Shown here: one piece after another, positions 11,101 to 23,639 of the stretch
Position numbering within the stretch: position 1 is the first letter of the stretch
Layout: each line of letters begins with the position of its first letter
Assembly (NCBI GenBank): GCA_051362555.1
Contig: CM120646.1
Span: 19,406,001 to 19,470,000, forward strand
DNA from: Lingula anatina
Lineage: Eukaryota > Animalia > Brachiopoda
Length of the DNA: 64,000 nucleotides
Direction: 5' to 3'
The notes under the pieces: model-generated
Seen by the model: only the letters and a program-made list of their open reading frames with translations
The model's database searches: none
What the model was told of the DNA's origin: nothing
Program-made: the position numbers and the translations under genes

Positions 11101-14100
11101 TTAAATTAATAGTGCTCCTTCATGACATTTTAAAATATTTTCAGTCACCTAACTGATTCTATACATTTCAAAAGTTGACATAAATTTTATGTTACTGTCA
11201 CGTGGAAAAAAATTCAAAACCTATATATAATTTGTTGAGTGCCATGGTATAACAGTCTACTTGATTGCAAGTAAAATTTGGACTGTTTCAGTGAAATTTC
11301 TTTAAAGCAGTTAATTTTTTCAGCTGTAACATGTACTCCAGTTCATTTTATAAATGTTCTTACTAAGTGTTGTCTTTACTTATAATTACCCTTTGAAAAT
11401 CCCATGTTTTTTATCCTATTTGTAAGAATTAGCCACTTTAACTTCTAGGTTTTTTTTTTCATCCAGCCCATTAGATTCTCAGACCTTGCTGGCCTGTGAG
11501 TGGAATAGTATCTGGCACAGACTGGTATCAGCAAGTCAGATAAAAAAGAATATAATTATTTCTATTTGCACGGTTGAAAAAAATGCCAACATAGACTGCA
11601 TAAAACTGGAAAACTATAGCAACTTAATCATTCTTATGACTTCATTAATTACTGCTTATGTGTAAAATTTTGTTTTTGTTCTTCTATTGATATAATAAAA
11701 TGGTTTTACTCACAGATGCTACTATCATGATGCTTGAGTATAGAGTTGACTTAAAAGATATTTTAAGTTAATATAGTAAATAAAAGTTTGAAATTAAAAA
11801 TTCTCATCTTTATTTGTTTCACTTTAAAAAGCTAAGTTAATACTAAAATTTCTGATATATTTTGTACATAAATATATTTATGAATGAATATTCTTAATGT
11901 TTAGCACTGTGTACTTGTTTACCGACAAATATGAAGTGTTAGTATGTGTCAAAATAATCCTAAAAAAAAAGGAAGATTTCCAAGATAAAGAAATATATAA
12001 CAAGTATTTAGTAAATTGACATGTCGTGGCATTGCTTCAACCTTTGATTAAAATTTCACTTCAATGCATTAGGATATTAAAATTATACCGAGTGAGAGAA
12101 AAAAATACTTAAAGAAATTTAAAACCATGCAGTCACAAAGCTTAGGCACTGTCTCAATGTATATGTTTATGGGACCCAAGGGCAGGAGGGTCCAAACGTT
12201 TATGTATTAATATTATGTTCTTTGGTAGTGAGGACAGACGTTCACTTGAATGTCATTTTCACAAACCACAGTTGGGACGTTTTCTTTTGACTTATCCTTG
12301 GTGATTTTTCACTGTGTTGTGCAAAAGAAAAGCCATCTATCACCGACTCAAAAAACTCATGGCGACCATCCTCAGTCACCACCTTAAAATCGCTGTCTAT
12401 GATATCGTTCCCTCCCAGCACATCGTCCAAATAACTACCTGTGAAAAAAATCGTCAGCATACAGCGCCGCTTTGACACTACTGATTTCGAATTCTAACGC
12501 GAAATAACGCATATAAAATCAATCTCCGAGCGGAGGAGAGCGACCTTGAGACAGGAGGCCCCCCGTAGCTAGCTCCGCCCACCGTAACAGACATCGGACA
12601 ATAGAGAGGCTTGCGTGTAATCTCCTTCTGTTATAACTCCTTGATATAGGTGGACCTGCATCTTATTAACATGTGGACGACATACATGTATATGTACACA
12701 CAGCTGTACATTGTTCATCATACAAAAATACTATATTTGAAAATGAAGTCAAAAACCTTTAATGGCTGTAAAACAAAAGGACTGGAATGTATTACTGTGA
12801 TATCCATTACTCCTTCACCACAAAAACGCACCTGATCATGCCCCCCACCCCCAATACCCCGTATTCCCGGCCGAGAAAACATCGCCCGACTGGATCAACT
12901 TCCTTATTCACTTGAATTTGCCCCGTCAGCTCTTTATTTTACATTTCTTAAGCCCAAAGGGACGTCATTATGGGAATTTTTACCTATAAGGGGGGGGGGG
13001 GGGGGGATTACGAAGGAGATTACGGAGATTTCAAAAGAATCCTGTCCAGCGAGAATTTTTGTATGCAATTAATGTCAGCTGTCAGTTGACCTCTTATACA
13101 GAGTATAGAAAAGTTAAATACAAGTATAAATACTGTACTTACTCGACATGGGTCATTCACGCAGACGCGTAGAGAATTACATTTTGGAGCGTAGCACGTG
13201 ACCCGCTGTGTCACGCATTTCTGCCCAGATGGACATCCGCCATAAGACTGAACATGGAATATAGATGTTTTATTAACGTAACTATATCTGATGCTAATGA
13301 CCTATTTATAATCAGTTTAGTAGTAGTTAAGAATAAATAGTAAATAAATAGTAGTTTAGGAGTGCAGTGAAGCATTTTAAATTTTCATAAGAATCGAGCA
13401 TAGATTCCCTGTTCCGCATATAAACCACTTCTACTAGTTTCTTATACGACTGAAATGAAGTCGACATGCCCAAGAATAAACAAAATGACCTACATGTTCA
13501 GCCAAAATTGACTTTAAAAATAACTGCACCTTCTTCGCATTTCTTGCAGTAAACATGAGCTATTAAGCCGTCTCTACAGTTAGTAAAGGTCCGCCAAATA
13601 ATGGTAGTAATGTAGGAAACAACACTGCACGCGCAATGTATAGCAACAATACTTAAAGGACAATGTTCATGTAAAAATCCATTTCTCGAATTTTGAAGAT
13701 TCAGCACTCAATCTATACACTAGAGGTATGTTTTAATCGATCCCCGCCATTTAAAAATTATAAAAACAATCTATTAATAGTAAAAAAGCGTTTTAGTAAA
13801 CCTCACCTCAATATGCATAAATGAAGCAACAGATCTGGGTCACGTGGTACTGTGACGACAATTGGGATAAAGGTCTATGAGACTCAACTGAGCTGCATGG
13901 TGTAAACAGACAGAATGATTTTGGAAAGTTGTGTTGAACGGAGTTGAGCAATTTTCTTTATGCCTCAGTGTGTTGTCGTGGGATTCAACAAAATTGCAGC
14001 ACTCCTTGACTATCTTTCTTTATCTGTGACGGTCTTCCGTGACTAACTTGCTAACTTTGGTGACAATAGTTGCGATCCTCGCGATCTCGGTCACCTCAGG

Positions 14101-14815
14101 TGTTTTAGATCATATCAAAAGCTGATAGTCTTTTAGATACTGTCATCAGTTGGCAAGCTTACTAATTGCTAATGCATTTTTAAATTCATTGTACATGTAG
14201 TTGACCAAGAGCTCGTTAACAATAAACCTGTTAATTATGCACCGCTGCAATTCCCAAGCCAGGTAATAACAGGTATGAAACTCGTCTTGGTGGGCTTTCA
14301 TATTTTTCAATATATCTCATTTATTTCATGGGGTTATCTTATTGGTATTTGTAAATGACGTTAAATATCAATACTTAAACGATTAAGAGAGAACAGTTTC
14401 ATTAGCTCTGTATGTATATATTCAAATTCTTGTTTTTCTTTTTATCAAGAGCTTGTAAAATATGTGGGTATTACCTCCAATATTGGTAATACCCACATTT
14501 TTTACAAGCTCTTGATAAAAAGAAAAACAAGAATTTGAATTAAACAATTAAGTTCTAACACGGTCGCGAACATTAATAAAAGAAATTGCTCTCAGGGTAT
14601 CTTGAAGCTTCCATGGAAGAAAACGTGTTGAGGAAAAACAGAAAAAAGAGCGTTATATTAAAGAAAAAATGGGAACTGCTGTAATAAAATGGTTCGTTAT
14701 CCTAATTCGTTTATGCATTGAGGATTTGTTTCTGAAGATTATTTCATCTGAAATATTAAATAATTTAAAAGATTGATCATTTTATAACTTGAAACGCAAA
14801 TTCTGCGTCAGTAGG

Positions 14816-14861
<46 letters not shown>

Positions 14862-17346
14862 AAATTTGTAAGCTTATAACACCGTGCTATAAAGATCTAC
14901 TCAAGAAAAAAATTTGCTTGGGTAAAATTGAGTACGAAATGAACTGGAGACACTTGGCTTGTCATTAAGTTTACACGAAAATATGTCAGGTAACTTTATA
15001 CTGTCTTTGAAAGAGTAAAGATTGAAATATAATTTTAGACAAACTTTGACGGAGGAAATACCTACAAAGAGTAATGGGCTATTTCGCCAACATCTTGTTG
15101 AACATTTTACACTGCAATTCTATTTAAATAAGCTAAGGAAGTAATTGCCAAATTTATACTCTCATCACATAACAGGGGGGTAACTAGACCTGCAAAAATT
15201 GTACGCACATATTTTAAAAAATTACAAGCACATACAGCAAAATGTAGACTTACGCAAAACATGAAGGACAGCGTAATCACAGCAAATGTACCTCATATAG
15301 TAGCTTAATTTCCATTAATAATAAAATCATCATTTAAGTCAAAAATATTCTCGCGATTTAATAACTATTCTAATTTACCCAGAACGGTATATTTATTTTA
15401 AAGGCGGTTAACTGAAATATAGTTTTATGATTTGTGTGTGAAAATTGCCCATGTCACCCTGTTAGTTTGGAGGTCTAAGCTGGATCAAGTCCGTGTTAAA
15501 ATTCCTATGAAGTTGTGCAGGAAAATTTCTTCCTTTCTTTCTCTAGCTCCTCGATAAACCTGGTGTTCAGATTTTGTCTAGTACCCCCAGGTCTACGGGA
15601 GCTGCTCTTTGTAACTAACGCACAGGTAGATTTTTACCTGAGATAACTGGAGTAAAGCTTAGATAGAGAGTGCGTTCGATACAAGCAAGACAAATTGAAT
15701 GCCATTTAACCCTCTAATTAAGAGGTAAAGGAAGTTCCAGTTAGATGGATGATTAAGATAGGACTTGTAAAGGTAACGGGCATTGTTTACCTCAGTTTAA
15801 TAAAAGTATGCAAGACGGAGTGTCAGCGGTTTAATAAAATAAATTGAATTTCACAAATAACATGGACCTCATGTGCAATAATCAACATTTCCCTTAACTC
15901 ATTCAAATGCAGTGTTTTATACAACTTGGGATAACCATGATTAAATGCTTGTTAAAGAATTGACTAGACGGGTAATGGTTTTACACAGCTTCACGAGGAT
16001 TTAGACCCCTCGGGTAAGAGATTTGAATGAGTATAAACTTTTATCAGAAGCCAGAGAAGTCATCTTACAGGTAGACAATGTAGCTCAGTTTAACAGCTAA
16101 GCACGCTCTATTCTCCAGTGGCTCGATTGTCGTCATCAGACCACGTGACAACGTAGCTCATTAACTCTCAGGCCGAGCAAATAGGACGTTTTTTAAAGCC
16201 AAAAATTTACAAAATGAGCTTTTAATTTGTGTATTTGGATAAAGATATCGTTAGTTGGGCATGTTTTGTTTAAAAAAAGCTTCCAAATGCCAAATGCACA
16301 CGTAAGTTAATCACCCTTGCAGCTACATGTAGAGGAGAGATGTCATTCAGGTCATCTGATTGCATTCAGCGAGAGCGCCCGCGGAGATGGGTCGATCAAC
16401 GTTGAACGACAGTTTCATGGGGAACGCGCCCATAGATTTGACTTCCTATGAGGCAGTCAAATAGTAATCGGGGGGCTTTTACTGTGCAGAATTTAACATT
16501 TATTTATGTCTCTATTTCTTCAATCTCATATCAGTCTACAACATCTAAACTAATGCAACTACTCAGTTGGTTCTTTGACATCTGCTGCATTAAAATATTC
16601 TTATAATAGCATAAAATGCTAGGTAATAGCCCGTCGCCATGTTAATATTTCTCCAGAACCAAAGAAATTGAATTAAGCGTATGAAGCATTAAGAAAAGAG
16701 GATGCAAAATGTTAAATTTAAATCTGACATAGTATGATATATTCAACACTTACGCAGTCTCTAGTTTGTGCCTGAAAAATAACCAAGAATAAAGAATTAT
16801 CTAACAATTTGTAAGGCCAGTCCTATACTGGGTGCATTCATTTATGTTCTAAGCCGTTCTGGTGATAATGTATTGCAATTATTCTTAGGAGTTACATGTA
16901 CTACATTTTGATAACAATAGATCGGCGCATTAACCTTTGGTAATGTGAGCAAGTGTGCACGTGAGCGCGCGTGCGCAAGAAAGAGAGAGAGAATGGGGAA
17001 GAAAGTAATCAATTTTATTCTATAATAATAATAATAATAAATATACATAAAATTCGAGTCTAGGCCCTTAACATGAAATAAAGGAGATGATTGACGAAAC
17101 AAAAATCTCCTACGGAAAGTTTCGAGACTAGTTCTTTGTCTGCCTTAAATCCCGTCTCGTACAGAAAACCTTAACTGTTCCGTGTATTCATGTTCGGTCA
17201 TGTCTTGACTCAGCATGGAATGGAGCACGGCGGGGTTTTTTTGCTTTTTGTCCGTAACGTAGCTTAAAAACATTTCACCTTACCTCTCCAAAAGGCAGAA
17301 TTAGGAGCAACAGCGCACAACCAAGTCCTGCTGTGTACATCATCAT
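8135..17346 (-). CDS. Secreted Cys-rich FOLN-like repeat protein, paralogue B; exons 17284-17346, 16754-16771, 13143-13247, 8636-8728, 8135-8206; 3' end unresolved
   Basis: All exons are phase 0 with AG/GT ends: MMMYTAGLGCALLLLILPFGE | AQTRDC | SYGGCPSGQKCVTQRVTCYAPKCNSLRVCVNDPCR | NCNGLCTSEDTCDMPCRLQFDCVMPPPATCA | ATLCAVGNVCVEDPTGARCVPTCQ. It matches the first five exons of the 40053-47366 gene exon for exon. Confidence 0.8.
8806..12643. mobile_element. P-element-superfamily DNA transposon, non-autonomous, intronic
   Basis: Perfect 31-bp TIRs (CAAGGAGTTATAACAGAAGGAGATTACACGC at 8806-8836; reverse complement at 12613-12643) flanked by a 7-bp direct repeat ATATAGG. CA...TG ends with a 7-8 bp TSD are P-superfamily hallmarks. 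No intact transposase ORF was found. Confidence 0.85.
14420..14540. repeat. Near-perfect ~55-bp-arm inverted repeat (hairpin)
   Basis: attcaaattcttgtttttctttttatcaagagcttgtaaaatatgtgggtattacc pairs with ggtaatacccacattttttacaagctcttgataaaaagaaaaacaagaatttgaat (one mismatch), around a short loop. Confidence 0.9.
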
Positions 17347-17419
17347 TATGGAGTCCCGTTTTCTTCACTTGTACTGCTTGTATCTTTAAACTGACTGGTT
17401 CAATGTGCTGCGTTAGTAG

Positions 17420-17421
<2 letters not shown>

Positions 17422-17460
<39 letters not shown>
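17422..17460 (-). promoter_or_regulatory. (TA)n microsatellite at the TATA-box position of paralogue B
   Basis: About 20 TA units starting ~75 nt upstream of the ATG. Paralogue C has a short TA run at the equivalent distance (20622-20632). Confidence 0.5.
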
Positions 17461-17461
<1 letters not shown>

Positions 17462-19394
17462 TGAAGAGAAGTCTGGGTTACATTACATGGTGTCACTCCT
17501 GGTGTGTTTGTCATTTGTTGCCTAATACAAAATGCTGCATACGCAAGCTGTGCTTGATATATTACTTTTTGAAAAATGTTGCATTTATTAAGTTACGAAG
17601 ACAACTCCCGTTTTCGTGATCTGCATACGAGACATAATGAAGTTAGGTTTTTGTCTTTCAGTTGATGAACAACAATGTACCCCCGGGTAATCCTCTTTAT
17701 TACATGCCGTTTAATGCTTTGAATCACGCAAAACCATTTCATCTTCGCTAAACCGCAGATTGGCTGGGCCAGGATAGAAGTGGGCCTAACCCCTTTTCCA
17801 ATCACCCATATTTATAATTATAATAATATTCATATGTGATCATTGTGTATTTCAGTGCATGTTATATTGTACAAGGATAATTAAAAAAACGTTGGTGTAA
17901 GAAGCAAGGGCAGTGAACGAATTCTTCAATGCCTTTGAGGATATTTATGCGGTAGTTCATTTGAAACACCCTTTTTTTGCGATGAGGCAAATGTATCTTG
18001 TAGCGCGAGGCATTGGGGCGGCAGAAGAAATGAAGCACGACAGGATATTGCACTTTAGTTCTACTTGTTTAGTTAATGCTACTGCTTATTTCCTTAAAAC
18101 CAATTCTAGCATACTAATACAGTGTAGATTGTATCGAATCACGGAATGTTTTTTTTTTTTTTCGGAGAAATATTATTACTAGCTGAGCCAATCCATGACA
18201 ACAGTTCGTTGAAGACAGAAATCCAGTCAACTTATTTCCTGTTAGGTTCAACCAGTGACTGGAACAGTCGTCTTTTATTTATTGTAATGGTGTCTTTTCG
18301 TGACCAAGATGTATTTTCGGTGAAGTTTCTTTTCTTCAACAGATTTCACCAAAATATATGGCCTACCACTGGCAAGAGCAGAGAAGGAGAGAGATTCATG
18401 GGAGCAATTCCGTGAGAGGTTCCTACAAATGAAGGGATACGAGTCATGGATGAAGATTTTACTTAAATCTTTGTCTTAAAAGTATGTCTAACAAAGAAGC
18501 GTGATTGTGTTAGTCTTGTAACAGTTTGATTCAAAATTCTCTTGTTCGATTGAAATTTTAGTTATAACGAGATAAATGATGTAAAAATGCATAAATGTTA
18601 ACGCAGTCCAAAGTATTTGAGAGTCGCAAGCTGTTCCACAGAAAGATTAGTGATTTACAAATGTTATAATTTAAGTGTTATTTGATGTTGAGTAGACCAA
18701 TTCATTGGCAGTCTCTCTCTTTCCTCTATTTTCTGCCTTTCAATCACTTTTACCCATCGTTTTGTTTTACTAAATAATCACCAGACATCCATTTTATTCT
18801 CTTTCTGTTTGAAATGACTGTAGTTTGCAGAACCTACGATGACTTAAGAACAAAACGTTGTTTTGCGATAAATGATCAATTTATATTAGACATCAGTGAT
18901 ACATGTTTCCGCTACGTTTTCAGGACTTTAACTTTTTGTTTTAAAATGAATTTAAAAGTAGGCCCTAGCTATTTCTCAGCGTGAGAAACATATCAGTGAT
19001 GGAAATCAAAATTAGAATCAAATTACACATGTAGCACAATTTACTAAGTACACACACAAGGTAGTAACAACACAGATATTAATTACACGTAATATCTAAG
19101 GAGACAAATGTCACCAAACGTTACCTTAAATATTGAGGTCAATGAAGAGCAAGTAGATTTTATTGTAGCCTACCTAAATCGACGTGGTTACATGCATGCT
19201 AAACTTTTTCAATACGGCTACAACAGAAAACACGTTTTAGTAAATTGATATACGACAGTTATATCCCAACTGTGGATTTTTTCAGCTGTTAACTTCTGGT
19301 TGTCTAATAGAAATAATCCTCTATACATTATTTTGTTGCCCAACTTCCTCAAAGATGCCCTTGGAGTCTTATCTGTCTTGCAGTTAAGTGCCAT

Positions 19395-20551
19395 CTATCG
19401 GTACCTAGGGCAACACGCCGCATAGCGATCAGTTGGGTGAACGTCACAGTAATAACCTGGTGGGCACGTATCTCTTGGCAAACACAATCCACAGCACAGT
19501 TCACGACCATTGATAGCTAATGGCTTGTCGTAACCGCCAAAGGGACGCCTGCAGGGTCTTTCATCTAAATCGAAATAATCAAGTATATTTGGCAATTACC
19601 CCACCATTTATTGTATAGATACACACACAATGGACAATAGAAGTGTCACCCCCTGAATCAGAGTAATCAAATAATGATCAAGTAATAATCTTGAGTAGTT
19701 ATAATGCCTGGTCTACACTTTGTGTGTGTGTGTATTTTTTTTCTTTTAGTGAAATTTGATGTTAGTAAAATTATACCAGGAGCATATCATTCCACAGTCA
19801 TTTATCTCCCCCAAAGTATTGGTTCAAAAAAAAAATGGTCCCCCACTGACGGGGTGTAACTAAATGCAACAAAACGCTGACAGCAGGCTATATAATAAGG
19901 TAAGAAGTTTTTAACATTGACTCGATCGATCCTCAGTGGCAAAGGGTATTCCAACCTTCTGTACATGAGTGACTAGTACCTGTTATACATCTGGGTCCTT
20001 CAAATGACATCACGCATACTTGCCCGGGTCTGCATGGGGGGTTCTGAAATAGCACCAAATATGGCTCCTCAAATTTGGAACATTTGGCCCTTTTGATGGG
20101 AATTAACTTCTTATAGGGCCTACAACATTTTTCTAATTGATATTACTTATATTTCTAACGTGTAATTCTTACCGGCGAAGTGTTAATTCAAATGACAAAA
20201 TATAGCAACAATTAAAACAATGGTTTAAAATTAAAAGCCTGTTTTGTATTGACACGGGACTTTGATACTCACACAGTGCCTAGATACCTGTGCCTAAAAC
20301 GGAATAGAAAATCGTAAGTAAAGGCAGTAAGAGAAGTTAAAATAGTCCAACTGAATGACTCGAAACACAAAAATTCGAAATTAACCAATTTTTCCTGAAT
20401 GTAGCGAAAGATAAAGTAATAATTCGACTCGCAGTTAGTACAGTAGTTATTCAGAGACGGTTGTAGGTATCACAAAAAGAACATAATACGTTACCTTCCC
20501 TAAAGACAGAACTGCCAGCAAAAGCGCACAACTGAGTCCAAGTTTAACCAT
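19395..20551 (-). CDS. Small secreted Cys-rich protein, paralogue C (~103 aa): signal, one FOLN-like module, lustrin/WR1-like domain; exons 20495-20551, 20273-20293, 19980-20043, 19395-19564
   Basis: Spliced: MVKLGLSCALLLAVLSLGK | AQVSRHC | NPPCRPGQVCVMSFEGPRCIT | DERPCRRPFGGYDKPLAINGRELCCGLCLPRDTCPPGYYCDVHPTDRYAACCPRYR*. Phases 0,0,1 are consistent. The last exon is a close paralogue of 40053-40228. Confidence 0.88.
19622..19826. mobile_element. Truncated copy of the Tc1/mariner-type MITE at 30241-30477
   Basis: Shares tggacaa.agaagtg.caccccctgaatcagagtaatcaa and ataccaggagcatatcattccacagtcatttatctccccca with the full copy; the right TIR is missing. Confidence 0.75.
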
Positions 20552-21845
20552 TATTGTTTGAAAAACGTTTCTTAACCCTCGGTTTCCAGCTCTAGCAAGT
20601 CGAGTAGACTCAGTTTACTACTATATATATATTGTACAAAGGACTGGACGTGCTTGGCACAGTGTCACTGAACTGCGGCATGACTGAATACTTGTATCTT
20701 TTTGTTTCCTGGACCTTAAATATGGTCTATTTATCTTTGTCTTTGTAATGCGTTGGTCACTTTAAGGAAGTTAACGCACTACAAGCAATACCAGTACGTT
20801 TGTTTAACATGTTGTTACAATATCCAACGCTGTTCATTTTGAATATTGATGGGTTTGGACTAGTCAATGCTCTCTGAGTTGCATTTCATTATAGAACAAG
20901 TGTCAGTATTGGCAAATGTTAGGTTATCAAATACCAGAAAACACTTTCACATGTATAGTTTAGATACACCGTATATAAAAATAATATGAAGGTTTTAGTG
21001 TTCTTGGTGTTCTAAGCACACCCAACACCAAGGTGCCCCCATACCAGGACAGGCAACCAAGATTTTTACATTTTTATGTTTTAGTTTTAAATTGTACATT
21101 AAAAAATGCCATTGCTATATACTTGTCCTATATACTTCTACGTTTTTAACGTTTTAGCATTTTTTTCTGCCTTAGTTTTTAACCCCCCCCCCCCTTTGAA
21201 TATTTTTACTGTGGTAGTTTGGTGCCCCCCTATCCATGGTACCCTAAGCACGTGCTTAGGCTGCTTATCCACAAATTCGACCCTGTACCGGGTATCATCA
21301 ATGTACGACATATGTTGTTTTTTTATAATTGTATTGTCAAAGTTACCGTGTTAATACGGGATAGCGTGAGAAAGGAAGGAATGTTGACAGCATGATAATT
21401 TTGGACGTGTCCCGTGATCAAATGTCTTCGCTTTTCTCATTCCATTATATTTATCTATTTATTTATAAAAAAACTGAAGGTCTGAGGAAAATCGCAGTCA
21501 AAGAGGGCAAGTTTTGTGTAGTAGGTGGAGGCTTTATAGATCAACCCATTCTGTCATATGCTAACGGAAACTTTTGGCAACTCTTCCACAGTGAATATGT
21601 GCGTTGTCAACTTGCAGAATGCATCCGTGACCTATCCATCCGGAGGAATGGGATTACCACCTGTATCAGGATTTCAATCCTGTAGTAGAATCAAGTGAGA
21701 TCACCATTCAAAACGTAAATGGGAGTGTGTTGGTGAAATGAAAGCCCACTTAATGACTTCGCATGCCCTATAACAATTTTATTGTCAAAAAATGTTGTCA
21801 AGGACTGCTTTCTGCTTTTCCTTCAGTTCGGGAAAATGAAGGATA

Positions 21846-21943
21846 ATCCACATACACAAATTACAGTAATAGACTAATATAATTTGTGTACTGTAATTTG
21901 TGTATTTACAGTAATTTGTATACTGTAATTTGTATATGTGGAT
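21846..21943. repeat. Small foldback with internal repeats
   Basis: atccacatacacaaattacagta ... tactgtaatttgtatatgtggat, with extra gtaatttgt units inside. Confidence 0.65.
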
Positions 21944-22589
21944 AGGTGAAAATTTGTTCCGTTTTTGGAATATTGATCAGGAGTCCAAATACAAATACAA
22001 TTGCTGATGATGAATGAATATTGAGCATATCATGCCATACTTTTTTATGGTGGGTTCGTAGTCGCTGTAACCTCTATCGCAAACTTACATCATTATTGCT
22101 TGAAAGCAAAAGAACACCTTCATGCATCTTTGGATGAATGGTATGTAATTATATGTAAACGTTAATATTTTATATATTTATGTTAAGGTCATTTATTTTA
22201 TCTCTTGATTAACACATCAATTTAAGTATGCATATGTGTTACAATGAATCTGTGATTTGGGTTTGTGAGAAGGTGAAAATCTGAAAATTTGAATCCTTGA
22301 TCAGGGGTCCAAATACAATTCACTTGGTCACTGCTGATGTTGCGATTTTTTACGCTATTTCGCTCTTTTTTGTCTGCCTTAAATTTTAACATCATTTTTC
22401 TCTTTGTATATTTTTACTTTGGCAGCTCTGTACAGCTCTGTATAGGGGGATTCATGGTACCCTAAACAAGAATATCTTGAATGCCTGAACTAATTTAGAC
22501 TAACCACTGTCATAACTTATCGGTTGTTAGGTGCACTGCTCGACAGTTTTCCAAACCAGACAGTTTAAACTGTTATCTGCTGATAGTTC

Positions 22590-23075
22590 TATCTAGATAA
22601 ACTTGCGTTCTTAGGTTCAGCTTTTTATAGCTTGCCGCACCGTTGCATAAACAGTTGGTGAACTAGACTGGAAAATTGAGAAACTCGCCCGTGATCGCCA
22701 GAGCATTGAAATCATTAGAGCACATATATTATAAACTTATATCACGATACCATCGTAAGTTTATTTCTTTAACCAGCTTGCGTGAGGGTTGGGGTTCTTG
22801 AAAGTGACCCATGTTAAAAAAATGTCTTGCGTTTAGCTCCGCGATTCATTATCTTTTACATGACGGAGCAGAACTGAGCGCGGTCTATTGTTTTCTGCTC
22901 GAACTATGCGTTAAATCTGATAAGGTACACGCCACTTTACGCGAAATGGAGGAGATAATTTAATACCTCCATATAAGAACGCCTGATGTATCTTTTTGAC
23001 AAAAGCGGTTTCTAAGGTTTGATAATTTAAAATCTCACTAGGAGCTGGCTTCATTGGTTTCAAGGACCGAAGTGT
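22590..23075 (+). repeat. Upstream block shared by the two EGF genes (second copy about 32375-33183)
   Basis: Collinear matches such as gtgaactagac.ggaaaattg, ctgctcgaac..tgcgttaaatc.gataa, aaatggaggagataatt and ggagctgg.ttc. Confidence 0.8.
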
Positions 23076-23639
23076 CTGTAAGCTTTAAGAAAGATATTTT
23101 GTCAGTCTATTACTATACTCCTTAGCAATAAAATGTAATGCGTAAAGTGATACAGAAAATCACATCATGAACCAATGTTTTAATTCAACTTCAAAAAGAT
23201 ATTTTTCACAATATTTTACTAATCGTGCAACCAATGAATAAGCTAACCATAGTAAATAATCAAACCCAAATTTCAGTATCTTGCACAGCATCCTCTGGTT
23301 TGGAGGACGCACCTGACGCGTCTGTGCATGGAGTCAAAAAGTTATGTAACATGATATATACAAGGTGCAAATATACAGACTTGACATTTAATATGGAATA
23401 TTTCAGTTTCGAAGGTATGTCTAGGTAAAAATGCGTTCTTTTTTCAAAAAAACTCCGATCTCATATAAGATTTGTGAATGGAGAAGTGTGTAGTCAGGTG
23501 TGTCGCTACCAATTAACTGACTTTCATGTCTGTTGCGCTGCTATATTATGTAATATGTAGTGATTTAGTTGGGTAGTGTTCCTTTAGGCTGGTCAAAGCT
23601 TGGCTTAGGCAAAGCTTGGTTCTGTCAAAAAAGTACCCA

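Noticed and set aside
15254-15295. Possible extra exon in paralogue B (good GTAAGT donor, hydrophobic reading)
   Set aside because: No phase-0 acceptor, no module pattern, and no counterpart in gene F.
15452-16150. Possible solo LTR (TGTCAC...GTGACA with AATAAA inside)
   Set aside because: No target-site duplication and no second copy in the window.
17593-18415. Cluster of 60-90 aa ORFs between paralogues B and C
   Set aside because: No recognisable motif or splice pattern; probably decayed repeat DNA.
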